Source: the human T2T-CHM13v2.0 reference genome, Homo sapiens
Assembly (NCBI RefSeq): GCF_009914755.1
Contig: NC_060930.1
Length of the DNA stretch: 64,000 bases
Strand: one strand, 5' to 3'
The position numbers were made by a program, and so were the translations under genes. The notes under the pieces are model-generated. The model searched no databases, was not told where the DNA came from, and worked only from the letters and a program-made list of their open reading frames with translations. This document shows positions 46,719 through 60,700 of the stretch, in pieces (the stretch's first letter is position 1; each line of letters starts with the position of its first letter).

Positions 46719-48996
46719 TGTATTAGTCTGTTTTCACGCTGCTGATAAAGACATACTAGACACGGGGGAAAAAAAGGTTTCATTGGACTTACAGCTCCAC
46801 ATGGCTAAAGAGGCCTCAGAATCATGATGGGAGGCGAAAGGTATGTCTTACATGGTGGTGGCAAGAGAAAAATAAGGAAGAAGCAAAAGGAAAAACCCCT
46901 GACAAACCCATCAGATCCCATGAGACTTAATGACTATCACGAGAATAGCACAGGAAAGACCTGCCTCCATGATTCAATTACCTCCCCCTGGGTCCCTTCC
47001 ATAACATGTGGGAATTCTGGGATATACAATTCAAGTTGAGATTTGGATGGGGATATAGTCAAACCATATCATTTCACCCATGGCCCTTCCAAATCTCATG
47101 TCCTCACATTTCAAAACCAATCATGTGTTCCTAACAGTCCCTCAAAGTCTTAACTCATTTCAGCATTAACTCAAAAGTCCAAATTCTCATCTGAGACAAG
47201 GCAAGTCCCTTCCACCTATGTGTCTGTAAAATCAAAAGCAAGATAGTTATTTCCTAGATACAGTGGGGGTACAGGTATTGGGTAAGTACAGCTGTTCCAA
47301 ATGGGAGAAATTGGCCAAAACAAAGGGGTTACAGGGCCCATGCAAGTTCAAAATCCAGCGAGGCAATCAAATTTTAAAGCTCCAAAATGATCTCCTTTGA
47401 CTCCATGTCTCACATCCATGTCACACTGGTGCAAGAGGTAAGTTCTCATGGTGTTGGGCAGCTCTGCCCCTGTGGCTTTGCAGGGTACAGCCCCCCTCCT
47501 GGCTGCTTTCACAGGCTGGCATTGTCTGTGGCTTTTCCAGGCACATGGTGCAAGCTGTCAGAGGATCTACCATTCTGGGGTCTGGAGGATAGTGGCCCTC
47601 TTCTCACAGCTCCACTAGGTGGTGCCCCAGTAGGGACTCTGTGTGGGGACTCTGACCCCACATTTCCCTTCCACAATGCCCTAGCAGAGGTTCTCCATGA
47701 GGACCCCGCCCCTTCAGCAAATTTTGCCTGGGCATCCAGGCGATTCCATACATCTTCTGAAATCTAGGCAGAGGTTCCCAAACCTCAGTTCTTGACTTCT
47801 GTGCCCCCAGAGGCTCACCACCATGTGGAAGCTGCCAAGGCTTAGGGCTTCCACCCTCTGAAGCCACAGCCCAAGCTGTACTTTGGTCACTTTCAGCTAT
47901 GGATGGAGCATCTGGGACACAGGGCACCAAGTCCCTAGGCTGCACACAGTATGGTGACCCTGGGCCCAGCCCACAAAACCATTTTTTGCTCCTGGGACTC
48001 CAGGGCTGTGATGGGAGGGGATGCTGTGAAGGTCTCTGGCATGGCCTGCAGACATTTTCCCCATGGTCTTCGGCATTAACATTAGGCTCCTTGCTACTTA
48101 TGCAAATTTCTGCAGCCAGTTTGAATTTCTCCCCAGAAAAAGGGTTTTTTCTTTTCTATTGCATAGTCAGGCTGCAAATTTTCCAAATTATTATGCTCTG
48201 CTTCCCTTATAAAACTGAATGCCTTTAACAGTACCCAAGTCACCTCTTGAATGCCTTGCTGCTTAGAAATTTCTACTGTCAGATACCCTAAATCATCATT
48301 CTCAAATTCAAAGTTCCACAAATCTCTAGGGCAGGGGCAAAATTCCACCAGTCTCTTTGCTAAAACATAACAAGAGTCACCTTTTCTCCAGTTCCCAACA
48401 AGTTCTTCATCTCCATCTGAGACCACTGCAGCCTGGACCTTATTGTCCATATCACTATCAGCATTTGGGGCAAAGCCATTCAACAAGACTCTAGGAAGTT
48501 CAAAACGTTCCCACATTTTCCTGTCTTCTTCTGAGCCCTCCAAACTGTTCCAACCTCTGACTATTACCCAGTTCCAAAGTCACTTCCACGTTTTTGGGTA
48601 TCTTTTCAGCAGCACCCCATTCTACTGGTACCATTTACTGTATTAGTTCATTTTCATGCTGCTGATAAAGATATACCCGAGACTGGGAAGAAAAAGAGGC
48701 TTAATTGGATTTATAGTTCTACATGGCTGGGCAGGCCTAAGAAAGAATCATGGTGGGAGATGAAAGCCACTTCTTACATGGTAGTGGCAAGAGAATAATG
48801 AGGAAGAAGCAAAAGCGAAAACCCCTGGTAAACCCGTCAGATCTCATGAGACTTAATCACTATCACAAGAATAGTGCGGGAAAGACCAGACCTCATGATT
48901 CAATTACCTCCCCCTGGGTCCCTCCCACAATACATGGGAATTCTGGGTGATACAATTCAAGTTGAGATTTGGATGGGGCACAACCAAACTCTATCA
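46719..48996 (-). mobile_element. Complete THE1C (MaLR) provirus: 3' LTR 46719-47071, internal 47072-48638, 5' LTR 48639-48996
   Basis: Two similar LTRs of about 355 bp (tgtattagt...tatca); MaLR internal ORF remnant EGSEEDRKMWE; 5-bp flanks gtggc/gtgga. Confidence 0.93.
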
Positions 48997-50405
48997 GTGG
49001 AATAGACTCTGTATGATTTCTTTGGTTATACGTAGTCTTCATGTGGTGGCTTCTCAAATGCTCATTGTGGTAGCGATGTGCCTGGTGTGTCAGCAGGCCC
49101 AAGGCCTCCTAATGAGCAAGGGTGGTGTGAATAATAGTGGTAGCAGAGGTCATATGAGGCTACCTTCCCAAATGCTGTGTACTTGTGTCAGCAGATACTG
49201 AAATGGGCTATGAAGTAGATCTTAAGGCCAGAAAGTGGTGCTTATAGGTGAGAGCCAGATGGCATGGTCACTAGCTCTCTCCTGTAAGATGTTCTCACCT
49301 TGTCTAGATGATCTCTCATCTACACCCAAAGGTGTAATCTAAATGAAGTTCTCAGGTTCCCAGGTGGTGGGTTGGGTTGTAGAACATTCAGTGGTCCTTG
49401 TCCCCCACTTTGCCTCTGAGGACAGAGGCAGCATAGCTGGGAACTGGGCCAAGCGAGCCTGCATGTGGGCCCCTAATGGTGGGTGCAAGCACCAGCCCCA
49501 GTAGGGTTCGGAGTCAGTTCTCGGGTCCCTAGAATAACTTCCCAATGAGGAGCAGAATAATCATTGCTGGGCCTAAGACCCAGGATGGGGAATGAGAGAT
49601 GGCTCAGGCTCTACAGACTAGCAAGTGGTAGTGGGACCTGCTGTGCTCTCGTACTCCCAACCTAGGAGGGCTCCCTCCTATAGTCTGACTCTGGCAGAAA
49701 CTTAGAACAGTTAGCCAAAGCACTCCTAGTTTGCCTTCAGGCAGACCTATCCCAGGCCACAAAACTTTCTGCTGGGGTCAAAACCACACCCACTCATGTC
49801 CTCTGAAGAGGGAGCACCCAAGTACTGTGCCTGTGGCTGGAGCACATACCACATTTGCCTCTCAATTCTAGCCCCAGGGGCTTCTCCCCTGCTCAAGATC
49901 ATAAATCTCTGACCTGAGACTCTCCAGACCAGTAACTGCCACTTGTGCTGGCTGGCAGGTTTCCACATAGCTCCCTATGAGCTAGGATACAGAATGGCCT
50001 CATTCTATTGATGCCCAGTTCTAGGAGAGCATGCAGGATAATTTCTAGGGCTGTTCCTGCTCATAGACTTCTGATGGCTCCCCAGGTTAGATCCAGAGCT
50101 TGGTTGGGACAAGGATCTCCGTTATAGCCTGGATTGCCCAGCTTCCCAGTGGGAATGTGCATCATGGAGGCAATCACTCTCTATCTCATGCACTGGGGAT
50201 TCACTCACAATTTTCTGCTGGAGCCTGCCACATGAGTTGTTACCTGCATTTTTTTTCTAAGTGCCCAAAGTTTTCTTTAACTCTTATGTTGATCTCCCGT
50301 GTTCCTTTTTGCACAGAAGTTCACAGTGTGAATCTTTACACACAATTTTGCTATTTCTAAGTAGGTGAGGTATACTAACAAAGCCTCCAATTACCCATCT
50401 GGTGA
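48997..50405 (-). mobile_element. Old primate L1 5'UTR (L1PA15/16/L1P4-like), continuing at about 46560-46718 beyond the THE1C insertion
   Basis: Minus strand starts agatgggtaattggaggctttgttag...aaatagcaaaattgtgtgtaaagattcacactgtgaacttctg; GC-richer block. Confidence 0.6.
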
Positions 50406-52613
50406 AAGAAAGGTGTTTAAAAACTTTGAAAAAGAGATAGACCCTAAAATGTAGGTATTTGTAAAGAATTCCTATACCAAGACATACGTTAATTGTGATT
50501 TACTGTGAAAAGCAAGAGCAAATATAAAGACTATACAGGCGATATACGTCATGATTTTTTTACAAAAGAAAGCAGAGTTATATTTTCTCATTCTGAAGTC
50601 AAAGAAGAATTTTATAGCTGAATCTTTTAGTATAGGACATTGGGAAACATGATGGACCATGTCTTGATGTATGGCTTTGCAATAGGTATAGAAATGTTCA
50701 AATGCACATCTTTTAAACTGATTCTGCATGAAAATTGAAGGCAAAATGTAACATGCTAACTTTGTGTGGAAAAAAAAGGATTATTAGCTCGAATAATGTG
50801 CTCTAGACACAGATCTAGGAGAAACACATAAAATGGATTCCTTAGTTTTATGTGAGCTCTTTTTGTTTGTCAGCTGGCTTATCATTTTGAAAGCTGATAG
50901 TTACTCGGGGCATGCATTGGAAATACCCACAGATTATTGAGCAAAACAACATTGATCTGAGAAGAAAGCCCTCTACAAGAAAAGAAATATCCCTAAATCA
51001 AACTAGCAATACGAAATCTTACTTACCTAGAAATACACTAATAAAAGTTATTGATTACTTACGTGATCAATTCTATAGACTGAAACAATTTAGAATAACA
51101 AATACAGAAATAAAACTTTTTACCATTAAATTTATGTCAAAACTCCCCAGCATAAGAAAAACCACAACACTGAACAACCCTTTCATCACTGATTTGGCAA
51201 GGAGTTACAGGTGACAATAAAAAATAATGTTAAATCTTAAGGGTTCTGGTGTAAGAAGTCCTAAATTCTATATCTCTTCTGCTAATAACATGTTATTTGA
51301 AAAGCCAACTGATCTATATAATTTTTTTATATCCTCATATAAGAAACAAACATAAATAATATCAGTATATCATCTGGCCATAGTTATAATAAAAGTCAAA
51401 TTAAAAGTTTCTATGAAACCCCTTTATTAAGATAAACATAGTAAATAGATAATTTAATTTACATTTAAAGATTTCTCATGCTGAAAAAAAGTATCGATGT
51501 TTTGAAATAGTTTATCAGAAATTATTACAAAAGGAAAATTTTCAAAAGCCCAACAAATAGGGTATAAGAGGGTGGAAATGAACTGTGAATGGGGCACAAG
51601 AAAACTTTCTAGGGTGATGGATAAGTTCTATATTTTGGGTTCAGTGGTAGTTACACAAGTAAGTGCAATTGCCAAAACTCCTTAAATTGTATATGTAAAA
51701 TCTTTGCATTTTATTATGTGTAATCACAATAAAAAATGTCCAAAAGCTATTGAATACCTTATGAAAAGTCTATTTCTCTAAAAACATTGCCTCCCCCTTC
51801 CCCATAAAAAGAAAGAGTAAGGGAAAAAGTCTACTTCAAAACATAAGAAAAATGCAGGACCTTAATTATATCATTTTTTTAAGAACTTAATATCAAATTT
51901 TGATTATCTTTCAAAAAAAGAAAATACAGATTTTGCAGCAAATAATATTCTCATGTACATTTTTCCTTTATTTCCATATGTGATTACCTTTCTTCCACAG
52001 TTCAATACAAATAATTTTACTCACAAATACCATAATCCTAAATTTCACATTTTGTGTTTGTTATAGTCATGGTCATTGCCCTCCCATGCAACATTGAATC
52101 TGAAACAAACAGTAACTAATGGCTTTCAATTCATTTCTAATGAGCCATTGCTGAATATGTCTGCATCATTCTGGTTTTGTTTCATGGTATTATGTTTTTA
52201 CATTTTTCTTAAATTTTACAGTTTCTAGTACTTTGCATTAAAACAATTCATCATCTTTAAAAACAAATGTTAAAAAAGAAGAAAACAAGCAAAATCTATT
52301 CTTAGATATAGTACTTTTTAAAAGTCCATTTTTTTTTAATTTTAGTTTATTTTTAATTGACAAATAATAAGGCAACACTTTTAATCTGAACCTGGTATTA
52401 TGGTTCTATGTGAAATAATGAGATAACCTAATACGGAATGATTTTTTTCTAACTACACCTCTAAACAAGCAAAATTATCTTTGAATATGTTTCTATGCAG
52501 TTCTGTGAATAAAATTTAAAGATTTTATGTATGGCTATGCTAAATTATAATCTTCTGGGCTTCAATAACCGTAAGATATGTTTTCATAACTGCACTCAGG
52601 AGACATCAGAAGG

Positions 52614-52890
52614 TGTTGGGGTTGAATTGTATCTCCCCAAAAGACCTTGAGGTCCTAATCACCAGGATCTCAAAATGTGGCCTTTTTTGAAAATAGAGTA
52701 TTTACAGTGATATTCAAATGAAAGTGAATCCATTAGGGTGGAAACTAATTCAATAGGACCACTGTCTTTTAAAAAGGGGGGAAATTTTGACACAGAGATA
52801 GGCCCTCACACAGGAAGAAAACTACAAAAATTGAAGGCTGAGATGAGGGTGATTCTTCAGAAGCCAAGGGATGCCAAAGATTGTCCCGGC
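52614..52890 (+). mobile_element. MLT1 (MLT1B/C-like) LTR fragment
   Basis: tgttggggttgaattgtatctccccaaaa...gaggtcctaa...aagccaagggatgccaaagattg. Confidence 0.75.
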
Positions 52891-55800
52891 AAAGTAATAC
52901 AGAAGGTATACAGGGAGCTTTTTACAATTACTATGATGCCTGATAAAACTGTCTCTTCCTCCATTCTTTCAACTCAGTTTTGGTGAAATAAGAGAGTTCA
53001 TTTATTCATTCAAAATAAGGTCTTTAATACCTTTTCTGTTTATCACTGCCTGTCTTCAAATAATATGCCACTTCCTGTAAAACATAATAGCCTTACAACA
53101 AGATACTGTGCTTTCCCCTTTTCTTCCTTTGTGCTACTGTTATCAAAAAGCAATTTTACTTAATCAGTTAGTTCTAAGGCCTATTTGTACAATAATTATT
53201 TGACCAATAATTGGTGGTAGGATGTATTTATCTGTCAAAGAAAGTATACTTAACTCCTGAGTTACTCCTTTTTGATAAAATTTGAACTACATGAGGTTCC
53301 AACTTTTCCAGTGAGAAAATAATAATTATTTAGTCTTTCACAAATTTGTTAAACCTTGGGAACTGAGAGATATCATACATATCAACATATGTTGCCACTG
53401 GCAACGTATGTATGATTATATACTATAAGCAGGATCAGATGATGATGATCTCAAACCATTGATGTGGAGTCACACCTGTCTTGTTCTGGTATTTAGATTT
53501 ACTACTTTTTAACACTGTGATTTCTGCATAAGTTACGGAAAATATCTAAGTTTTTGTTCTTTCATATATAAAATAAACATAAATAAAATCTGACTAAGAG
53601 ATTTGCTCAAGAACAAAATGATACAAACTGTAAGTGTCTGCTATAGATAATTGCTTTAATTACTTGTGTGAATTTACTGAATCTGTCCAAAAGATAATTT
53701 GATAAAAACTACTCGAATATTTAATGTAGACACACTTTGATCCAGCAATTACACTTATAGTAATTTATTCTACAAATAAACATGCACACATATATACAGA
53801 GGCATATATAATTCCTCAAATAATAGATTATAATTGTAAAATATTAAAAATTCCCTGTGTCTGTTATATCTGTAAACTACAGTGTAGCTATACCATAAGA
53901 GGATGAGTGATCTACCTACCCACACATATTTTGTTCAAACCTCCGGTTTTTGTGAAGGAAAAATCTTTTAACTCTTAAAGATAGATATTGTGCCATAGAT
54001 TGCTATTGCCTGAACTAAAATTTTGTCATGGCTTTGCTTTTATATTAGCACTTAGGACTTCTATGCATAAATAAGGTAAAAAAAAAAAAAAAAAAAAGCA
54101 AAACAATATCTCTGGTAACACATTAAAACTTTCATAGTTTTTATTTGATGTGTTAAGATATACATAAATAATCACAAGTTTTTAACTTATTAAATGTCAG
54201 ACTTTTTCAGTTATTATATCCATTAAAAATTTTTAAACATTTTTATAAGAGATGAAAATTTTAATGCATAGTGCTTCATGATTTAAGGTATTTATTTAAA
54301 TACTCATAAAATACAAACTAAGGAAAAAAATGCTTACAGTCATCTGGGAGCAAACCTTCACGTTGTCTGAAAGTCAGCTTTGTAGTGTCCATAAGAAAAG
54401 CAGGCCAAAGCATCAACACAAATGCCAACTGCACAGGCAGCAAAGAGCCAGATGCTGTTGGCAAAACATGCTCCAGAGTGTGGCATCTGGGTCCAATAAT
54501 GGCCATACAGAGCCCCATCTGTAGCTAAAGCTGTTGACTCTGCTTTGGGGGAAGAAAAATCAGAAATAAAGAAGGCAGTTAAATTTTAAACCATGCCAGG
54601 AATAGCAGAAGGCAGGTTGCAGTCAGCATTCAAATTACATCGCTAGCCCAATTTGCTTTTTAATGTCTTGAAACTGTGTAAACACTAAACTATGTTAACT
54701 CCAGTTGTTTAGAGAGATGAGCACATATAGGTAGTTCAGTAACTTAGGACACACAAATCAGCTAAATAGATTTGATATTCCATCAGACGTTCATTTATCT
54801 AATTTTTTTCTCAAGGAATATAAGCATATGGTCCATGAAATGCAATTCTAATTTGATCTATTAAAATATGCAATTTTAAGTGTTCATTATGGTATATAAT
54901 TTTCTTCAAATAGCATAAAATTTAAGACTCTTCTTTACAATGTTTATAATATTTTATTAGAATAACTCTTCACAAAGTTAAATAGGATATTCATGTATCC
55001 TTCACTGAGACTCCTTAAAGTTTTGATCAGTGGAAATTTGTGGGAAAGCTACAAAGAACCTTAAGCTTTAATCAAATAAAGTTTTTCAAAATTATAAAGA
55101 GATGATCAAAATAATCTCTTTTTAGTGTTCTTCATTTGTTGTACATATAAATATATAAAATGGAATTAGTTGATATCCAGATGATTAAAAAGATTCATCA
55201 TTTATAAGATGCCACACTAATCTTATCTATGCATATATTTTTGAAAACAAGATCAATGTTTTAAATAATAAAAACTAATGATATTTACAGTGAACTATAT
55301 ATAAAAAAGTTAACTAAAACCTTGTGGACAGAATATTATTTATCACCATAACCCTGAGACATTACTATTGTTGATTCTACTTTCTAGCTAAGGAAACTGG
55401 AAGCTTGCAAATGTAATGTAAACTTACTTATCCCAATTCACACAAACCCTTAGAGACAGAATCAAACTTAATATGCAGACACTGCAGACACTGTGATTGT
55501 AGAACCCATATTTATTCTCCTTCTCCCCAATAAGATGAAAATAAAATATAACTTGATAGAATCATTTCTGTAATAGCAGAGGAAGAACTAGTCAAACATA
55601 CACTCTTCCATAAAAGAAACTTGTACATTGATAAATATAGTTAAAATAAGCTGTTTCAGAACTGTGTAAATGAACTAAAGGCTTGAAACAATCTCCGTGT
55701 TTATTCAAGAAAAATGATTGAATCTCATAAGCCTAATCAGCTTCGTGGTTGTAAACAACCATCCCTCTCTCCCCAGCTCTTCAATGGACTTGAAATCCAA

Positions 55801-56904
55801 TATCATTGCAATAATGGTAGCTGAGAAACCAGCAACCTAATAGCCAGTGGAGGGGGAGGGGATAGTACAGGTATGCATTTGACTCAAAAGACCCTTCCCA
55901 AGGAATGTCACTATTTCATTGGTTTGACAGCACTCTGAAAAACTCCATTCTCAGGGACTGACTTTATTTGACCTGACTAAAAATTCACTCTTATAAAAAA
56001 CCATATATCTAGGGAATTTGTTAAAAATAATCAGTGGCAATTGCTTAATATCACAGTGTTTGAGGCAATAATTCCAGTTGAGGGCAACTCTAGGTTGATC
56101 AATATAATCAAAGATTTAATAACTCGGGAATTAGATGTACCTAGAAGTCTTTGAAAGCTAGAAAAAATCCTGGAAAACTAGAAAACATCACAGCATGCAA
56201 GTCTATAAACAGGCCTAAGAAAGATATAAACAGCCCTAATCTCTGATCTCTGACTAACCTTGAGGCTCTATACAAGCAGGAAGTAAAGAATAAAGTACAG
56301 TTGTAAACTGCCTGGCTGAGCATTGAAGACATGTCTCAACACACACACAGAGTCCTTTAGTAAAGGCTGGAAGATGTTTTAGTTCCAAAAATCTAAGAAA
56401 AATCTCTGTGAAATGATTCATTTTAGCTGACCACTAAGTTAATCAAGCAGAGACTAAAATGGCCACACATGGTAAAGAACAATCCCAGTGAAACACTAGA
56501 CAAATAGTAGAAACAACAAAAACAAAAACACTAGCTACTAGGAAAGAGCAAGATTTGATTTCCAGATGTACCAAGTTATGCTATTTAAAATGTCAAGTTA
56601 CCAGAAAATATTATAAGACATACAAAGAAATAAAAGTATGGGCCATGCACAGAAATAAAACCAGTAAATAGAAACTGCCTTTGAGGACACCCGAATATTG
56701 GATTTACTTGACAAATATATTAAGTCAGCTATGGTAAACTTGTTCAAAGGGAAATATAAACTATTATATAATCAATTAAGGAAAGTAGGAGATTGATGTC
56801 TTACCAAATCAGTAATAAAAATAAAGGAAGCAATTATTAAAAAATTAAAAAACAAATAGAATTTCCAGAGTTGGAAATTATAAAAACTGAAAAACAAATG
56901 TAAA

Positions 56905-57761
56905 AGAGAAAAACAACGTCATCAAAAAGTGGGCAAAGGATAGGAACAGATACTTCTCAAAAGGAGACATTTATGTGGCCAACAAACATATGAAAAAAAG
57001 CTTATCATCACCGGTCATTAGAGAAATGCAAATCAAAACCACAATGAGATACCATTTCACGCCAGTTAGAATGGCAATCATTAAAAATCAGTAAACAACA
57101 GATGCTGGAGAGGATGTGGAGAAATAGGAATGCTTTTACACTGTTGGTGGGAGTGTAAATTAGTTGCACCACTGTGGAAGACAGTGTGGCGATTCCTCAA
57201 GGATCTAGAACTAAAAATACCATTTGAGCCAGCAATCCCATTACTGGGTATATACCTGAAGGATTATAAATCATTCTACTATAAAAACACATCCACACGT
57301 ATGTTTATTGCAACACTGTTCACAAAGCAAAGACTTGGAACCAATCCAAATGCCCACCAATGATAGATTGGATAAGGAAAATGTGGCACATATACAGCAT
57401 GAAATACTCTGCAGCTATAAAAAAGGATGAGTTTATGTCCTTTGCAGAGACATGGATGAAAATGGAAACCATCATTATCAGCAAACCAACACAGGAACAG
57501 AAAACCAAACACTGCATGTTCTCACTCGTAAGTGGGAGTTCAACAATGAGCACACAGGGAGGGGAACATCACACACCAGGGCCTGTTGGAGGGTCAGGGG
57601 GATAGTGGAGGGATAGCATTAGAAGAAATACCTAATGTAAATGATGGGTTGATGGGTGCAGTAAACCACCATGGCATGTGTATGGCACATGTAGACCTAT
57701 GTAAAAAACCTGCACATTCTGTACATGTATCCCAGAACTTAAAGTATATTAAAAAAAAAAA
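56905..57761 (+). mobile_element. 5'-truncated L1PA7-like 3' fragment with poly(A)
   Basis: atcaaaaagtgggcaaagga...cccagaacttaaagtatattaaaaaaaaaaa; closely parallels 24140-24890. Confidence 0.92.
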
Positions 57762-60700
57762 GTTATTGGAAAAAATAAAATAATTACTAACTGAGCAAAA
57801 CAAGAGACTTAATTTGGCAGAAGAAAGAAGTAGTGAACATAAAGATAAGTTTATTAAGATAATTGTGTCTGAGGATCATCAGAAAAAAAATAAATAAATG
57901 AGTAGATCCTCAGAGATCTACTCACATATGAGTTCCAAAAGGAAAAGGGATAGATAAATGCTTTGAAAAATTAATGGCCAAAACTTTCTGAATATTATGA
58001 ACAAATGTTGATCTATACATCCATGAACCTCATCAAACTCAAAGTAGAATAAATTGAAAGAGATTGAAAGTTAATCATGATAGTCAAACTGTAAAACACA
58101 AAGAGATAATAGTGATAGCATCAAGAAAGAAAGTGATTTATTACATACAAGGATCCTCATAAGAATAACAATTGACTTCCCATCAGAAGCCACCATGTAG
58201 ATAAGAAAGCAGCAGAATGATATATTTGAAGTGCTAAAAGAAAAAAAAAGACTATCAACCATGAATTCTATATCCTACAATGCTACCTTCTAAATTAAAG
58301 CAGAAACTAAGACATTTTCAGATAAACAAGAACAGGAAGATTTCATAACTAGCAGACTAACATATAAAGAATAGTAATGATAGTCCTTTAGGTTAAAATG
58401 AAAAGAAACTATAGAATCTTAATTATTCACACATAAAAATCATGAGATCCAGTAATGGTAACTATATTAGTAAATATTAAAACCAGTATAAATATGTTTT
58501 GTTCATAACTCTTTTCTCTGTATATGATTTAAAAGATGGAGCATAAAACCATAATTATAACAGTTTGTTGATGGGCTTATAATGTATAAGATATAATTTG
58601 TATCACAATAATAAAACAAGGGAGTAAAAAAAGGGGAGCAATGGTGGAGCAATATTTTTGCACAGTGTTAAAAATAAGTTGCTATTAATGCTGTGTAATT
58701 GCTTTATCTTAAGAGGTTACTTATAATCTATAGGTCAACCATTAAAAATTTTCTAAATAATACAATAAATGTAACAAGGGTGTTAAAGTGGTATATCAGA
58801 AAAAAATATCTATTTAACACAAAGTAAGGCAATAATGGAAGAAGGCAGCAGCAAAAGAGAAGAAGACATATAGAAAACAAATGGCATAATAGCAGAAGTA
58901 AACTCTACCTTATCAGTAATTACAGTAAGTGCAAATTGAGTGAACATTCCAATCAAAAGACAAATAATGGCAGAATGTGCTTAATGAAAAAATTGTTCAA
59001 CTATATGCTATTTGTAATAGTTATACTTTGTATTCAATAGTGAAAACTAAATTCATAGCAAAAGGAAGGAGAACATAATGAAAATTAAAGCATAAATTAA
59101 TAAAGCAGAGAATAAAAAAGCAATAGAATAACACAATGAAATCTAAAACTGGTACTTTCCAAAACTGAAAAACCATTAACTAGAATGATCAAGAAAAAAC
59201 AGAGAAGACCCAGATTACAAGAATCAGAAATGAAAGAGAAGAAAATACTACACTCTTCCAAAAACAAAAAAGGATTCAAAGAGAATACTAAACAATTACA
59301 CGCTAACCAATTATAAAGGCTAAATGAAATAGATAACTTTACAGAAAGGTAAAACCACGGAAAGTAACCCAAAAAAAGTATAGCATATCAATAAACTTAC
59401 AATAAGCAAAGAGATTTAGTAATAAAAATGTGTTCCACAAAATAAGTACATGAGTAGATTGCTTTACCAGTGACTTTACCAAATGTTTACAGAATAATGA
59501 ACACCAATCCTTCTGCAACTGTTCCAAAAGAGAAGGGGAAAATTCTTAACATGTTCTATGTGGCTAATATTACCCAGTCTAAATCCAGTCAAAGATATGA
59601 CAAAAAAAGAAAAATACAGATCAATATGCCTTAGGAATACAGACCCCAAATTCCTTCATGAAGTACTAGCAAATGGAATTCAGCAACATATACAAAGAAA
59701 TATACATTATGACCAATTGGGACATATATTAGTTCTGCAAGGTTGGTTTTAAAATAGAAAACCACTAAATGCAATATACAATATTAATAGAATATAAGAC
59801 AAATTACACATATAAACAGCTTCATTGACAGCATTTGAAAACATTCAACACATTTTATAAAAAACAAAACAAAAAAAACACTCAACAAACCAGAAACAGG
59901 AGGGAATGTCCAAAATCTGGTAAAGTGTCCCATGAAAAATGTACAGCTAACATCATACTTTATGGTGAAAGACTGCTTGATTTTCTTTTAAGCTCAGGAA
60001 CAAGACAAGCATATTTAGTCTGTCATTTCTAAGTTCAACATTGTACTGGAAGTTGTTGGGATAATTAAACATAAAACAGAAAAAAACGTATCAATATTGG
60101 ACAGGTAGGAGCAAAATTGTCTCCATTATCAGATATTAAAAATCCTAAGGAATCGACCAAAAATTATTATAACTAATAAATAAGTTTACTGATGTTGAAA
60201 AATACATCATCAATATACAAAAATCAGTGCCGTCTCTATACACTAGCAAAGAACAATCTGAAAATGGCATGAAGACAATTCCATTTCTAATAACATAAAA
60301 AGATTCAAATTCTTAAGAATAGATTCTAAGAAGTACAAGTATACATAGGAAACAATAAAATATTATTGAAAGAAATTAAAGAAGATTCAATAAAATCTCT
60401 ATTAAAGTTATGGCTGCCATTTTCTTCAGAAAGTAACAAGCTGATACTAAAATTCATATGGAAGTACAAGGATCCCAGTTTAGCAAAACAATGATGGAAC
60501 AAAAAAATAAGTTGGATTCATATTTCCTGACTTCAAACTTACCAAAAGCTACAATAAGAGGGTGTGGTATTAGAATAAAGATAAATAGAATAGAGGGTCT
60601 AGAAATCCTTACAAGTTTGTCTAATTCATGTTAAAGTTACCAAGATAATTTAATATGGAAAGAATAGTATTTTTAAGAAATTATCCTGAGACAACTGGAT

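Noticed and set aside
47387-48646. Several 110-150 aa ORFs
   Set aside because: All lie in THE1C internal sequence; MaLR ORF remnants.
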